From: Nannocystales bacterium
GTDB taxonomy: Bacteria; Myxococcota_A; Polyangia; Nannocystales; Nannocystaceae
Direction: 5' to 3'
NCBI GenBank assembly: GCA_050633305.1
Contig: JBOEGF010000004.1
Span: forward strand, 192,001 to 256,000
DNA length: 64,000 bases
Shown: positions 10,019 to 19,878 of the stretch, in pieces
How positions within the stretch are numbered: the stretch's first letter is position 1
How the letters are laid out: each line of letters opens with the position of its first letter
The notes under the pieces: model-generated
What the model was told of the DNA's origin: nothing
The model's input: the letters and a program-made list of their open reading frames with translations, nothing else
Databases searched by the model: none
Position numbers and translations under genes: made by a program

Positions 10019-10810
10019 ATGCTGCGTGGAACTCGGGTCTGGACCTACTTGACTCGCGCAAGCGGTTTTGCCGCGGCGTGGGGGCTCGCAATCTCGTGGG
10101 CCCAGGCGGCTCCACCACCGGGACCGCCTCCGGCGTCCGCGACCAAAGACGCAGCGCCTTCGCCGACCCGACGTGCCAGCCCCCCGCCACCTCCCGGATC
10201 ACGCCCCGCCGACGAAGCGGTGAGCGTGCCCCAAAACGAGGATCAGGAGCAGGTCGACCTGGCGAACACGTGGGGCTACTCGAAGACTCGCACCCCGCGT
10301 CCCCGATACGTCCGCAACACCCAGGACCCGATCGTCTACGCGCCGAACCCGGTCGGCTTCTACTCGGGCGTCTCGGTGCAGGGAAACCAGACGCCGCCAC
10401 ACCCGGCGAAGGCGGTGGGCAGCGGCCCGACCACGCTGACGTGGGCGGGGTTTGAGCGCACCTCGAACGGCTCACGGGTGTTCTTCCAGTTGAGCAACGA
10501 GGCCGACTACACGCTCAAACAGAAAAACGGCGTGATCACCATTCGGCTGCGTCGGACCCGAGTGAATGTCCGCAACAACTTGCGTCGACTCGATCTCAGC
10601 TACTTCAAAACGCCGGTGAAGACGGTCAAGGTCCGACGGAAGGGCCGGGACGCGGTGGCCACGGTGAGCCTCAAGACGGACGCGACTCCGGATGTGTCTT
10701 TCGTGGACAGTGGCGGGTCCGGCTACAAGCTTCTTGTCCTGACATTCACGCACGCCAGTGGTGCGGCGCAGGCTCCGGTGCGGACCAACGCTGCCCCCGC
10801 GAGCGAGTAG
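10019..10810 (+). CDS. Secreted protein with Pro-rich linker and probable AMIN-like beta domain
   Basis: Signal peptide ending AQA, Pro-rich region, then WAGFERTSNGSRVFFQLS...NNLRRLDLSYFKTPV. Start is uncertain. Confidence 0.55.
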   Translation: MLRGTRVWTYLTRASGFAAAWGLAISWAQAAPPPGPPPASATKDAAPSPTRRASPPPPPGSRPADEAVSVPQNEDQEQVDLANTWGYSKTRTPRPRYVRNTQDPIVYAPNPVGFYSGVSVQGNQTPPHPAKAVGSGPTTLTWAGFERTSNGSRVFFQLSNEADYTLKQKNGVITIRLRRTRVNVRNNLRRLDLSYFKTPVKTVKVRRKGRDAVATVSLKTDATPDVSFVDSGGSGYKLLVLTFTHASGAAQAPVRTNAAPASE

Positions 10811-10816
10811 TCGCGG

Positions 10817-11425
10817 CTAGGCTTGTGGCCCACGGTCTCGGGCCAGCCGCCAGCCGGCGATCCCTAGGGCTGTCACGCCCGCAGCGGCACCGACGACGGG
10901 GAGACCGAGCATCGCTGCGCTCGCCGCAACGCCGAGGGCGACGCCGGTCCACCGCGAGCGAAACGCCCGTCCGATGCGGTTGTGTCGAGCGAGCCCAGCG
11001 AGGACGACCGCGAGCTGGGCTTCTTCGTCAGGCGGCAGAGGCTTCGCTTGAAGTTTGGCCGGCAAGTGCCTGTGATTCTGCCACAAAAGTCGGGTGGCAA
11101 TCCCGTGAAGACGGTGGATCTCGGCGCCCGGCGTCGACGCCGTATCCAGCAGAACCGGGAGGGCGTGGGTGCGGATGCCAGGGCTGTAAACCCGTGCGCG
11201 GCTGAGCGCGGTGACGGCTTCGGCGAGGAGCGCTCGGGCCTGCTCGGCTCGGCGCCACTTGTCCCCTTGGTCGTCATCGCCCTCTCCGGCGAGCGCGAGG
11301 AGAGCCATGCTCAGCGCGTCGCTGGCGCGGCCAAGGTGGGCATCGGCTCGAGCCTCCAAGGCATCGGACGCGCGGTACGCGTTATGCGGACCGAGCAAGA
11401 CCGGGAGATTTCGAGCCGCAGACAT
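10817..11425 (-). CDS. Hypothetical protein with two C-terminal TM helices
   Basis: ORF MSAARNLPV...WTGVALGVAASAAMLGLPVVGAAAGVTALGIAGW; fills the gap between flanking genes. Confidence 0.55.
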   Translation of the reverse strand: MSAARNLPVLLGPHNAYRASDALEARADAHLGRASDALSMALLALAGEGDDDQGDKWRRAEQARALLAEAVTALSRARVYSPGIRTHALPVLLDTASTPGAEIHRLHGIATRLLWQNHRHLPAKLQAKPLPPDEEAQLAVVLAGLARHNRIGRAFRSRWTGVALGVAASAAMLGLPVVGAAAGVTALGIAGWRLARDRGPQA

Positions 11426-11599
11426 CAGAACACCGAATCGGGGGGACCCCTCTGTCAAGACGCACGGCCCTGCGGATCCTTTCACCCCTACCTTCAACGT
11501 AAGGCACTCGGTGTGCTGGTGCCACTGTGTCCCGCGACGGGGCCACGGAAGACCCGTCGTGGCCGAAACGGTTCAGCACCAGCCGTCGGGCCCGTATGC

Positions 11600-12517
11600 T
11601 TAGTCGTTTTTTGGCAGTCGCTCAAGGCGCTTGGCGTCTTGCCACCAGGCCTCGAGTTGCTCCAGCGACACGCTTCCCGGGGCATGGCCCGCGTCGTGTC
11701 CGGATCGCATCACGTGGTCGAACCGGCGAGCGAACTTTTCGTTCGCGCCGCGGAGCGCGTCCTCGGCGTCGAGGTCGAGCTTCTGCCCAAGCCGGACGAG
11801 GACGAACAACAGATCTCCATATTCGTCGCGCAGGGCGGCCACGTCGTCGGCAGCTCGCGCTTCTTCAAACTCGGCCCACTCCTCCTGGAACTTGTCGAGC
11901 GCACCCTGCACATCTGGCCAATCGAAGCCGAGCGCGGCGGCTTTCTCCTGCATGCGGCGAGCTCGGGCGAGCGCGGGCAAGGCGACGGGGATGGAGGCCA
12001 GTGGCTGCGGATGTGCGGGCTTGTCGGTTTGCGTGTCGCCTGACTGCCGTCGCTCGGCGGCCTTGATGCGCTCCCATTGAGCCTCGACGTCGGCGGCGGT
12101 CACTTTGGCTCGCCCTTCACCATCGCGAGCTCCAAACACATGCGGGTGCCGACGCAACATCTTGTCTCGGATCCCGGCGATGACGTCCTCGAGGTCGAAC
12201 GCGCCTTCCCGTTCCCGCAGGGCGCTTTGGAAGACGATCTGGAACAGGAGGTCCCCGAGTTCCGCCCGATGGGCGAGGGGGTCGTCCATCGACTCCAGTA
12301 CTTCGTACGTCTCCTCGACCAGGTAGTGCTTCAGGCTCGCGAGGGTCTGTTCACGGTCCCAGGGGCAGCCGTCCTCGGCGAGCAGCCGGTCCATGACTGC
12401 CCGCAGACCGGGCAGTCCCTCGGGCAATCCAAGTGTACGGAAGTCGGGGACTCGGAGGTCGCCGAGCTCGTCCGGATCGGGCTTCGACTCGGGAGAGGGG
12501 TCTGCAGGGTCCACCAC
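11600..12517 (-). CDS. mazG: Nucleoside triphosphate pyrophosphohydrolase MazG
   Basis: GCPWDREQT, EETYEV, ELGDLLFQ, RRHPHVF, GFDWPD and EYGDLLF: tandem MazG domains. Confidence 0.95.
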   Translation of the reverse strand: MVDPADPSPESKPDPDELGDLRVPDFRTLGLPEGLPGLRAVMDRLLAEDGCPWDREQTLASLKHYLVEETYEVLESMDDPLAHRAELGDLLFQIVFQSALREREGAFDLEDVIAGIRDKMLRRHPHVFGARDGEGRAKVTAADVEAQWERIKAAERRQSGDTQTDKPAHPQPLASIPVALPALARARRMQEKAAALGFDWPDVQGALDKFQEEWAEFEEARAADDVAALRDEYGDLLFVLVRLGQKLDLDAEDALRGANEKFARRFDHVMRSGHDAGHAPGSVSLEQLEAWWQDAKRLERLPKND

Positions 12518-12585
12518 GCGTGCTACCGTCCTTAGCGCATCCCCTTACCACGTCCCGTGTTCTCCGGGGCGCAGCCGAGCCCGCG

Positions 12586-13605
12586 TTGACCGAACCTACC
12601 AAGCTCATTTTCGAAGATCGCGAACCCCTCCAGCTCATGCTGCAGGCGGTTGGCCGCCACAAGACCCTGCTGGAAAAGGAGACGGGGACCTCGGTTCACG
12701 TTCGCGGCAACGTCGTCACGGTCGACGGCGAGCCCGACGGCATGGAACTCGTCGCGCGGCTTCTCAAGCAGCTCTACTCGCTCGCGCAGCAGGGCTCGCC
12801 CGTCGACCCGAGTGACGTTCCCAGGGCGTTGGCGGTGCTCACCGACAACGGCGAGTCGAGGCTGGAGGCGGTCTTCGACGACACGGTCGTGGTCAAGCAG
12901 AGCGACGGGAAGACCATTGTCCCGCGCTCGCTCGCGCAGAAGCGATACGTCGAGTACATGCGCCGTCACACCCTGACGTTCGGCGTGGGGCCTGCCGGTA
13001 CAGGAAAGACGTTCTTGGCGATGGCGATGGCTGCGCGGGCCCTGATGGATCGCCAGTGCCGGCGAATCATCCTCTCCCGCCCGGCGATGGAGGCCGGCGA
13101 AAAGCTTGGGTTCCTCCCAGGCACGCTGGAGGAGAAGATCTCGCCATATCTGCGGCCCCTGTACGACGCGCTCCACGACATGTTCCCGGTCGAGAAGGTC
13201 GCCCAGATGATGGAGCACGAGGTCATCGAGATCGCACCGCTCGCCTACATGCGCGGCCGAACGCTCAACGACGCCTTCGTCGTGCTCGATGAGGCCCAGA
13301 ACACCACGCGGGAGCAGATGAAGATGTTCCTCACCCGGTTGGGCACCAACACCAAGGTCGTTGTGACCGGGGATCCGACCCAGCTCGATTTGCCCAACGG
13401 GGCGCGCTCCGGCTTGGCCCACTCGCTCCGTTTGCTGCGGGGCGTCTCTGGCGTCGCGGTGTGCTCGTTTACCTCCGAGGACGTCATGCGCCACCCGCTG
13501 GTCAAGGCGATCATCGAGGCGTACGACTCGGATGCGAAATCTCGGGCTGCGGCCCGTGCTGCCGCCGCCGCCGCTGAGACCGAGGACGAGACCCCTGCCA
13601 GCTAG
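12586..13605 (+). CDS. phoH: PhoH family ATPase (YbeZ-like)
   Basis: GPAGTGKT Walker [34 protein letters not shown] and RHPLV motifs. TTG start estimated. Confidence 0.95.
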   Translation: MTEPTKLIFEDREPLQLMLQAVGRHKTLLEKETGTSVHVRGNVVTVDGEPDGMELVARLLKQLYSLAQQGSPVDPSDVPRALAVLTDNGESRLEAVFDDTVVVKQSDGKTIVPRSLAQKRYVEYMRRHTLTFGVGPAGTGKTFLAMAMAARALMDRQCRRIILSRPAMEAGEKLGFLPGTLEEKISPYLRPLYDALHDMFPVEKVAQMMEHEVIEIAPLAYMRGRTLNDAFVVLDEAQNTTREQMKMFLTRLGTNTKVVVTGDPTQLDLPNGARSGLAHSLRLLRGVSGVAVCSFTSEDVMRHPLVKAIIEAYDSDAKSRAAARAAAAAAETEDETPAS

Positions 13606-13692
13606 GCGCCGTCCGGAGGCCGGGACCGGGCAATCTCGTCGGCGCTCTCGCGGACTTGCGAGCTCCCTGCACGGCGGTCGCGGCCCGATCCC

Positions 13693-14634
13693 GTGGCCGT
13701 CGGGTCCGCGGACGTGCCCCGTTTCGAGCCTCCGCTCAGCGCGGGAGGCAGTGATCCGGCCCATGCGTCGACTCCGCGTTCTGAGACGTGGACCGTTTCT
13801 TCGGTGGGCCAGGTTCAGGGAGGGCCCCACAGACTGGACATGGGAGCCGCTCATGCCTTGCCGCCGGACGCCACCGACTCGCCTCTGGCCGATCAGGCGT
13901 CACGGCAGCGCGAGGTCGCGGGCTTGCGGGAGACCGTGAACGCGCTGCGAGACCCCGCGGGCGCGGTCCGACTGGCGGTTCAGCTGCTGGCAGGTCCCCT
14001 CCGCTCGGCGATTCGAGAGTCTTCACCCGAGGAGGCCGCACGGGTTTGCGAGGTGCTGGGGGCGCTCGAGACTGCGACCGCCGAGTTGACACGGTTGCTG
14101 GCGCCGCTGGGCCCGTTATCCGCCACCCCGGCCGCCGACGTGATCCCGCTGCCGGGGGCGTCCGTGGGCCCCGATGCGCTGGTCGCTGCAGTCCGCCAGG
14201 GCGTCCGGCAGCGTTGCCAGCTTCCGTTTACGGTGGAGACATCCGTGGAGGCGGGCGCACAGCCAGCCGCGGAGGCTGGCGATCTGCAGGTCGCCTTGGT
14301 GGGCCTCGTCGAGAACGCGGTCGAATCCATGGCGAGGCGTCGCCCCGGCGATGCTCCATGGACGGTCGAGCTCCGAGTCTCCATGGCTCTGGCCGAGGAG
14401 CTGGGGGAGGAGATGCACGTGGTCTTCGAGGTCCGCGACCGAGGCGACGGTTTGCCTCCCGGAGTTCTCCGGTGGCTCGAGGATCCGAGCAGTGCGGTGA
14501 CGGAGTCCGCTCCCTCGGGCCCGGGCATGAGCCTGCAACTGGCGCGCCGGGTCGCGGAAGGATGCGGCGGACGTCTCGTCGCAACGCGCGTCGCTGGCGG
14601 CACGCGGATGCAGCTGCGGGTGCCGCATCGCTGA
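13693..14634 (+). CDS. Histidine-kinase-like ATPase protein, H-box degenerate
   Basis: N-box LVENAVES, G1 VRDRGDGL and degenerate G2 GPGMSL; the H-box-like segment VNALRDP has no His. Start is uncertain. Confidence 0.7.
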   Translation: MAVGSADVPRFEPPLSAGGSDPAHASTPRSETWTVSSVGQVQGGPHRLDMGAAHALPPDATDSPLADQASRQREVAGLRETVNALRDPAGAVRLAVQLLAGPLRSAIRESSPEEAARVCEVLGALETATAELTRLLAPLGPLSATPAADVIPLPGASVGPDALVAAVRQGVRQRCQLPFTVETSVEAGAQPAAEAGDLQVALVGLVENAVESMARRRPGDAPWTVELRVSMALAEELGEEMHVVFEVRDRGDGLPPGVLRWLEDPSSAVTESAPSGPGMSLQLARRVAEGCGGRLVATRVAGGTRMQLRVPHR

Positions 14635-14645
14635 GCCCGCGCGGT

Positions 14646-16496
14646 ATGCTGCCGCGCTTGTCCGAAGCACTCGAACTCGCCGGTTTCGCGGCAGTCCGGC
14701 GCTGGCTCCTTGGCCGCGACGGCGAGCCTGTGTTGGGCCGGGTGTCTCTGGACACCGGGGGCAACGTGGTGATCCAGCGGCCGCGGGCCACCGTCGTGTT
14801 GATGCCACCGGGCGCGGAAGTCCCCAGCCGCTTTGACGTGTTGCTCCTTGCGGGTCCATCCAACATTCTGGCCGATGCCATCGTCGAGATGGACACACCG
14901 CGGATGCAGCTGATGTCGCTGCCGACGCTGCCCGTCGTCGCCGACAAGGTCGTGCGGGAGGCCCTGCGGATGGCGGAGGCCGTCACCGGAGCGCGGGTCG
15001 CCGACCAGTTGGTGGAGATCGGGACCGCGCTGTCGACCGAGCGAGACCCCAGCCGCGTCCTCGAACTCATCCTGCAGCATGGACGGACGATCGCGCGGGC
15101 GGATGCGGGATCGATCTTCGTTGTGGAAGACGGCGGTACCCGCCTGCGGTTCTCGGCCGCCCACAACGACTCGGTCGAGATCGACTTCTCGACGTTCACG
15201 ATGCCGGTCTCCGAGACATCGATCGTGGGCACCGCGGTGTTGTCGGCGCGAACAGTTCGGGTGGGTGACCTCTACGCGGACGGGGCCGCGGAAACCCACG
15301 ACCGCCACTTCGTCCACGACAGGACGCTCGATCGGAGCTTGGGCTATCAGACCCGGTCCATGCTCACCACGCCGGTGATCACCCCGGAGGGCCGGGTGCT
15401 CGCGGTGTTGCAGCTGATCAACGCGCGGGAGGACGGCGTTGGCCCGCTGCGCACTGACGCAGACTTCGAGCAGCGGGTCCGGCCGTTTACGTCCGAGGAC
15501 GAGCGTCTTTGCACGGCGCTGGCGAGTCAGGCCGCGGTCGCCCTGGAAAACGCCCAGCTCATCGCGGACATCGAGGCGCTGTTCGAGGGGTTCGTGCGGG
15601 CGAGCGTGCACGCGATCGAGCAGCGCGATCCTACGACGAGCGGCCACTCACAACGGGTGGCCGAGCTGACGGTGGGGCTGGCCAAGGTCGCCGACCGGGC
15701 CGACACCCCTCCATTCGCGGACACCCGATTCGACGCGGATGCGCTCCGAGAGATCGAGTACGCCGGGCTGCTGCACGACTTCGGCAAGGTCGGCGTTCGC
15801 GAGAAGGTGTTGGTCAAGGCGAAGAAACTCTATCCGGACCGATTGGCCCTGGTGCGCGAGCGCTTCGCCCACATGAAAACGGCCCTGCAGCGTGATGTGT
15901 TGCAAGCGCGACTGCGAGGCGAGGATCCTTCAGCCTTCGACGCCCGCGTCGCGGCGGTCGCCCACGCCTGGGCGCTGGTCGAGCGCTCCAATGAGCCGAC
16001 GGTGTTGGCTGAGGAAGCCTCTTCGGAGCTTCGGGGTCTGCTCGACCTCTCGTTCTTGGATGCCGACGAGGCGCTCGTCCAGGTGCTCGAACCTGTGGAT
16101 GTGGATGCGCTTCAAGTCGCGCGGGGTTCGCTGACCCCCGCGGAGCGACGCGAAATCGAGGACCACGTGCAGCACACCTATGACTTCTTGGTCCGGATCC
16201 CGTGGACCCAAGGTCTCTCCCGGATCCCGGAGATCGCAGCCAAGCATCACGAGTACCTCGACGGCAGTGGGTATCCGGAGGAACTGCTCGCGTCGAAGAT
16301 CCCGTTGCAGGCCCGCATGATGACCGTTGCCGATATTTACGATGCCCTGACCGCATCGGATCGGCCGTACAAGCAAGCCGTGCCGCGGGACCGGGCGCTG
16401 GACATCCTGCGGACCGAGGTCGGGCGAGGCAAGGTCGACGGCGCCGTCCTGGACCTGTTCATCGGTGCCAAGCTCTGGCAAACCATAGAGACGTGA
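14646..16496 (+). CDS. GAF + HD-GYP cyclic-dinucleotide phosphodiesterase
   Basis: GAF region (ADAGSIF, YQTRSMLTTP, VLQLIN); TSGHSQRVA, LHDFGKVG, HHEYLDGSGYP and ADIYDALTASDRPYK motifs. Confidence 0.92.
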   Translation: MLPRLSEALELAGFAAVRRWLLGRDGEPVLGRVSLDTGGNVVIQRPRATVVLMPPGAEVPSRFDVLLLAGPSNILADAIVEMDTPRMQLMSLPTLPVVADKVVREALRMAEAVTGARVADQLVEIGTALSTERDPSRVLELILQHGRTIARADAGSIFVVEDGGTRLRFSAAHNDSVEIDFSTFTMPVSETSIVGTAVLSARTVRVGDLYADGAAETHDRHFVHDRTLDRSLGYQTRSMLTTPVITPEGRVLAVLQLINAREDGVGPLRTDADFEQRVRPFTSEDERLCTALASQAAVALENAQLIADIEALFEGFVRASVHAIEQRDPTTSGHSQRVAELTVGLAKVADRADTPPFADTRFDADALREIEYAGLLHDFGKVGVREKVLVKAKKLYPDRLALVRERFAHMKTALQRDVLQARLRGEDPSAFDARVAAVAHAWALVERSNEPTVLAEEASSELRGLLDLSFLDADEALVQVLEPVDVDALQVARGSLTPAERREIEDHVQHTYDFLVRIPWTQGLSRIPEIAAKHHEYLDGSGYPEELLASKIPLQARMMTVADIYDALTASDRPYKQAVPRDRALDILRTEVGRGKVDGAVLDLFIGAKLWQTIET

Positions 16497-16969
16497 AGGT
16501 TCTCCTCCAGGTCGCCGCCCCCCTGCGTATGGCCGTTCCACGCTCGCTGCGTCGGACGCTGGTTCGGAAGCTCGCGGCGGCGGGTCGCCGGGTAGGGGTG
16601 GGCACGGATGCGACGCTCACCCTTCGAATCACAACCGATGAGGAGGTCGCCGAACTCCACGAGGAGTTCATGGGGCTGCCGGGGCCCACCGATGTGATGA
16701 GCTTCCCCGCCGACTCGGAGATCGACTGGGACACCGGCAGTTTGGGGGACGTCGTGATCGGCTGGCCGTTTGCGGTTCGTCAGTCGGCCAGCCGAGGGCA
16801 GGGTCCCGGCGCATGGGAGGCCGAGTTGATCGATCTCTCGCTGCATGGCCTCGCCCACTTGCTGGGCCACGATCACGGCTCGCGGTACGAGGCGCGAAGC
16901 ATGCTTCGGTTCGAGAGACGGCTGGCCCGCCGCGCTGCGATGCCACCGCCGCAGCGCCCATACGCCTGA
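16493..16969 (+). CDS. ybeY: rRNA maturation endoribonuclease YbeY
   Basis: PTDVMSF, LGDVVI and HGLAHLLGHDH zinc motif; GTGA overlap with the HD-GYP gene. Confidence 0.93.
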   Translation: MKVLLQVAAPLRMAVPRSLRRTLVRKLAAAGRRVGVGTDATLTLRITTDEEVAELHEEFMGLPGPTDVMSFPADSEIDWDTGSLGDVVIGWPFAVRQSASRGQGPGAWEAELIDLSLHGLAHLLGHDHGSRYEARSMLRFERRLARRAAMPPPQRPYA

Positions 16970-16988
16970 GTCCCGCCCTCAGGCTGGT

Positions 16989-18170
16989 ATGGTCCCGCTC
17001 GTGTTGAGGGCCCTGTTGCTTGCCGCGTGCCTTGGGCCGCCACAGCCAACCGAGCTCGGGCAGATCGAACTCGGGCCGGCGGATGCGGGCACCGCGTTGG
17101 TCCGCGACGAGTCCGGTGCAACCGTGGCGACCGTGCACCTGCGCCCGCAAGGTTCTGCGGTCGTCCATGTGCCCCCGGGAGCCTACACGGTCGACCGTGG
17201 AGGGGAGACGCGCTCGGTCGTCGTCACACCCGGGACGGGGACACCATCGCCGTCGAACGGCCCCCCTACGCCGCCGTCGTCGGTGCCAGAGCCCGAACTG
17301 TCCCAGGCCCGTCTCCCGCCTCCCGCCTCCGGAGGCGAGCGGACCGGGCAGTCCGCCTGGAGAGCACCGCTGATGGCGGCGTTCGTTCCCGGACTCGGGC
17401 ACGCGTGGACCGGCAAGCCGGGGTGGGGCGTGGGCCTGTTCGCGGCCACCGTCGGGGCGAGTGTGGGCGCTGTCGCGTTGGGGCTCGGTCGCGATGGCAG
17501 CGACGGCGCGACGCCCTCGGACGCATCGCGGTCGCCCGGGTACGCTCGACTGGGGGGGCTGGCGGCCCTGAGCAGCATCGCGGGGGCGCTCTATGTGGGC
17601 CAGATCTTCGATGCACATCGAGTTGAGCGAGGCGAGCGACTCAGCCCTCGCGCGGGGCGGGTCCAGCTGCGCTTTGATCGTCTCTCGGCGGTCGCGATGG
17701 CGCCGGGTCGACCACGGGCGAGCCTTCTGGATGACCTCTCCCTGGCCGCGCTCGTTCGGGTATCCGAGCGAGTCCGCGTCGGTCCGGCGGATGCGAGCAT
17801 CAAGCTGGGACCAGAGCAGACGGTGCTTCAGCTGGGCGCACGCGCCACTGCTGCGCTGTGGGGTCCGAACGTCCAGCATCCGTACCGGAGGTGGTCGTTT
17901 TTGGCCGGGGGCGGGGTCTTGGGCCAGCTGACCACGCAGCGTCGGACCGAGGAGCACGCGTCTGGTCCGGTGACACGGGTGGAGCGAGCAGGTGGCGCCG
18001 AGCCCTACCTCATCGCGGAGGCCCGCCTCTTCGTGGCCCCTCGGTGGTCTGTCGGAGCGCTGGGGCGTTTCGGCGTTCCGCTGACCCCGCGCCGCTACGC
18101 TGCAGGGCGGACGCTTCCCGCCTGGGCGCCGACGCTCGAGCTTGGTGTATCGCTGGGGGTGAACCTGTGA
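16989..18170 (+). CDS. Hypothetical exported/outer-membrane protein
   Basis: Signal-like N-terminus, FVPGLGHAWTG segment, and amphipathic beta strands ending LELGVSLGVNL. Confidence 0.55.
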   Translation: MVPLVLRALLLAACLGPPQPTELGQIELGPADAGTALVRDESGATVATVHLRPQGSAVVHVPPGAYTVDRGGETRSVVVTPGTGTPSPSNGPPTPPSSVPEPELSQARLPPPASGGERTGQSAWRAPLMAAFVPGLGHAWTGKPGWGVGLFAATVGASVGAVALGLGRDGSDGATPSDASRSPGYARLGGLAALSSIAGALYVGQIFDAHRVERGERLSPRAGRVQLRFDRLSAVAMAPGRPRASLLDDLSLAALVRVSERVRVGPADASIKLGPEQTVLQLGARATAALWGPNVQHPYRRWSFLAGGGVLGQLTTQRRTEEHASGPVTRVERAGGAEPYLIAEARLFVAPRWSVGALGRFGVPLTPRRYAAGRTLPAWAPTLELGVSLGVNL

Positions 18171-18973
18171 GCGTGCGACGGCTGTGGCCGGCGCTGTGCC
18201 TTCTGGGCTGCTCCCTCGGGGTGCGGGCCGAGGGCGCATTCGAGGTCGAGGTCGAGCTGGCGGGCGCCCAGGCGCTGTCGATCGACCTTCCCAGCACCGC
18301 GATCTCCGTCCTGGGCTGCGATGTCGAGGTGCCCGAGTCGTGTCCGAACGCGGTGCAACTCTCCGGACGTTGGCATGCGATCGGAGGCACGGCGTCCGAA
18401 GCCAAGCGCACCGCCTCCACGCCGGCGATCGAGTTCGCAGCCGATGGCGACTGGCTCCGGATGCGCGCCGAAATTCCGTTGTCGGTCCAGGGACTCGTGG
18501 ACTTGGAGCTTGGCGAGGTCGTGCTCCCTTCGAGCACCGATGTGGAGGTCGTGACCTCGTTGGGTGACGTCCAGTTGCGCGCGATGACCGGGTCCGTGCT
18601 CGTGGACGTGGCTGTTGGGGACGTGGATGTCCGTGGACCCATGCGATCGACCGGGATTCATACCGAGCGAGGCCAGGTGGTGGTGGTCGGTTCGGGTCCG
18701 GTGGATGTCGACCTCGAGCACGGGGGGGTCCGGGTCGAGCAGACCGCGGGGGCGAACGACGTCCGCATCAACGCGCCTCGCGGTGGGGTTGAACTCTTGC
18801 TCGGCAGCGATGCCGACGTGGATGTCCGGGTCGAAACGCCCGGCCAGATCCGGGTGCAGACCGACGCCTTCTCCGCGGCCACGTCCGGCTTGTACCGGGA
18901 CCGCTCGGGGGCGGGGGCGTCGCGCATCGAGATCCGCGCGGGCGCGGACGTCACGATCCGGCTCGCTGATTGA
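18167..18973 (+). CDS. Lipoprotein with beta-strand repeats (DUF4097/adhesin-like)
   Basis: Lipobox LLGC; repeats such as TSLGDVQL, VAVGDVDV, TERGQVVV, LEHGGVRV and APRGGVEL. Confidence 0.6.
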   Translation: MSVRRLWPALCLLGCSLGVRAEGAFEVEVELAGAQALSIDLPSTAISVLGCDVEVPESCPNAVQLSGRWHAIGGTASEAKRTASTPAIEFAADGDWLRMRAEIPLSVQGLVDLELGEVVLPSSTDVEVVTSLGDVQLRAMTGSVLVDVAVGDVDVRGPMRSTGIHTERGQVVVVGSGPVDVDLEHGGVRVEQTAGANDVRINAPRGGVELLLGSDADVDVRVETPGQIRVQTDAFSAATSGLYRDRSGAGASRIEIRAGADVTIRLAD

Positions 18974-19009
18974 TGCCCGCGGCAGCGCCGCTCGCCTCGC
19001 CCGCCTGGG

Positions 19010-19046
19010 CAAAAAAAATGCCCCCTGACGCAAGCGCGCAGGGGGC
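19010..19046 (-). terminator. Rho-independent terminator downstream of tRNA-Leu
   Basis: Minus strand reads GCCCCCTG-loop-CAGGGGGC followed by A and 8 T. Confidence 0.85.
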
Positions 19047-19052
19047 GGTGAG

Positions 19053-19136
19053 TACCAGAGCCCGGACTCGAACCGGGACGTTGTCACCAACGGCGGATTT
19101 TGAGTCCGCTGCGTCTACCGATTTCGCCACTCTGGC
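19053..19136 (-). tRNA. tRNA-Leu (CAA)
   Basis: GCCAGAGTGGCGAAATCGGTAGACGCAGCGGACTCAAAATCCGCCGTTGGTGACAACGTCCCGGTTCGAGTCCGGGCTCTGGTA: acceptor stem, CAA anticodon, long variable arm and TTCGA T-loop. CCA is not encoded. Confidence 0.97.
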
Positions 19137-19230
19137 AGAGCGGTCGCTCGATTTAGCAAGCGCGGGCCGAGGTTGCAAGGGGGTAGCGCGACCCCGTGCG
19201 TGGGAGCCCGCTGTGCCGCATACTCGAAAC

Positions 19231-19827
19231 ATGCCGGACTCCGGGGGCCTCAGTGCGCACTTGCTCTGCGCGGTGCCACAGCTGCTCGACCCCAATTTTG
19301 AGCGTGCTGTCGTCCTGATGCTCGAGCACAACGAGGAGGGCGCCCTCGGCCTGGTCCTCACCGACGAACTCCCGAACCGGCTGGAGCTGGTCCTGGACGA
19401 TCTCGAGGTCCTGTGGGCAGGCGACACAGACGCCCTGCTGCGCAAGGGAGGCCCCGTGGAGCCCTCTCGAGGGTGGATCATGCACGACACGCCGAGCTGG
19501 GATCCCACCTGCCAGGAGGTCCTGCGGGGGGTGTGGCTGACCACCTCGCTCGATGACGTCGATCGCGGCCTGGCGGTGGGGGAAGACGGCAAATTCGTGT
19601 TCCTGTTGGGCTACGCGGGCTGGGGTCCGCGGCAGCTGGAGGAGGAGATCGCTGCGGGTAGTTGGGTCGCGGTGCCGATCGGTCAGGCATCCGAGGGGGG
19701 CCAGATGCCCCCGCAATGGCTGTTCGACGTCGCAGCGGAGGATCTCTGGGCGAAAGCGCTTGGCGTCATGGGCATCGATCCGGCGCGCCTGGTCGGCCTG
19801 CCAAACCGTGACGCGGCGCTTCACTAG
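19231..19827 (+). CDS. YqgE/AlgH family protein
   Basis: PQLLDPNFERAVVLMLEHNEEGALGLVL, GGPVEP and LGYAGWGPRQLEEEI motifs. Confidence 0.92.
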   Translation: MPDSGGLSAHLLCAVPQLLDPNFERAVVLMLEHNEEGALGLVLTDELPNRLELVLDDLEVLWAGDTDALLRKGGPVEPSRGWIMHDTPSWDPTCQEVLRGVWLTTSLDDVDRGLAVGEDGKFVFLLGYAGWGPRQLEEEIAAGSWVAVPIGQASEGGQMPPQWLFDVAAEDLWAKALGVMGIDPARLVGLPNRDAALH

Positions 19828-19878
19828 GGGCGTCTGACTCTTCGCTGGCACCGGAATGTTCGTTTCGGTAGGCTTATC

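Noticed and set aside
13788..14645. 902-aa version of the HD-GYP protein
   Set aside because: The Arg/Gly-rich extension overlaps the kinase-like gene in another frame; the ATG at 14646 is the plausible start.
18970..19230. tRNA-Leu as an integration site for a prophage or island; N-terminal extension of the 18970..19827 ORF
   Set aside because: No integrase, att-like duplication of the tRNA 3' end or compositional shift is visible. The ORF extension simply runs across the tRNA, and the YqgE-like gene starts at about 19231.
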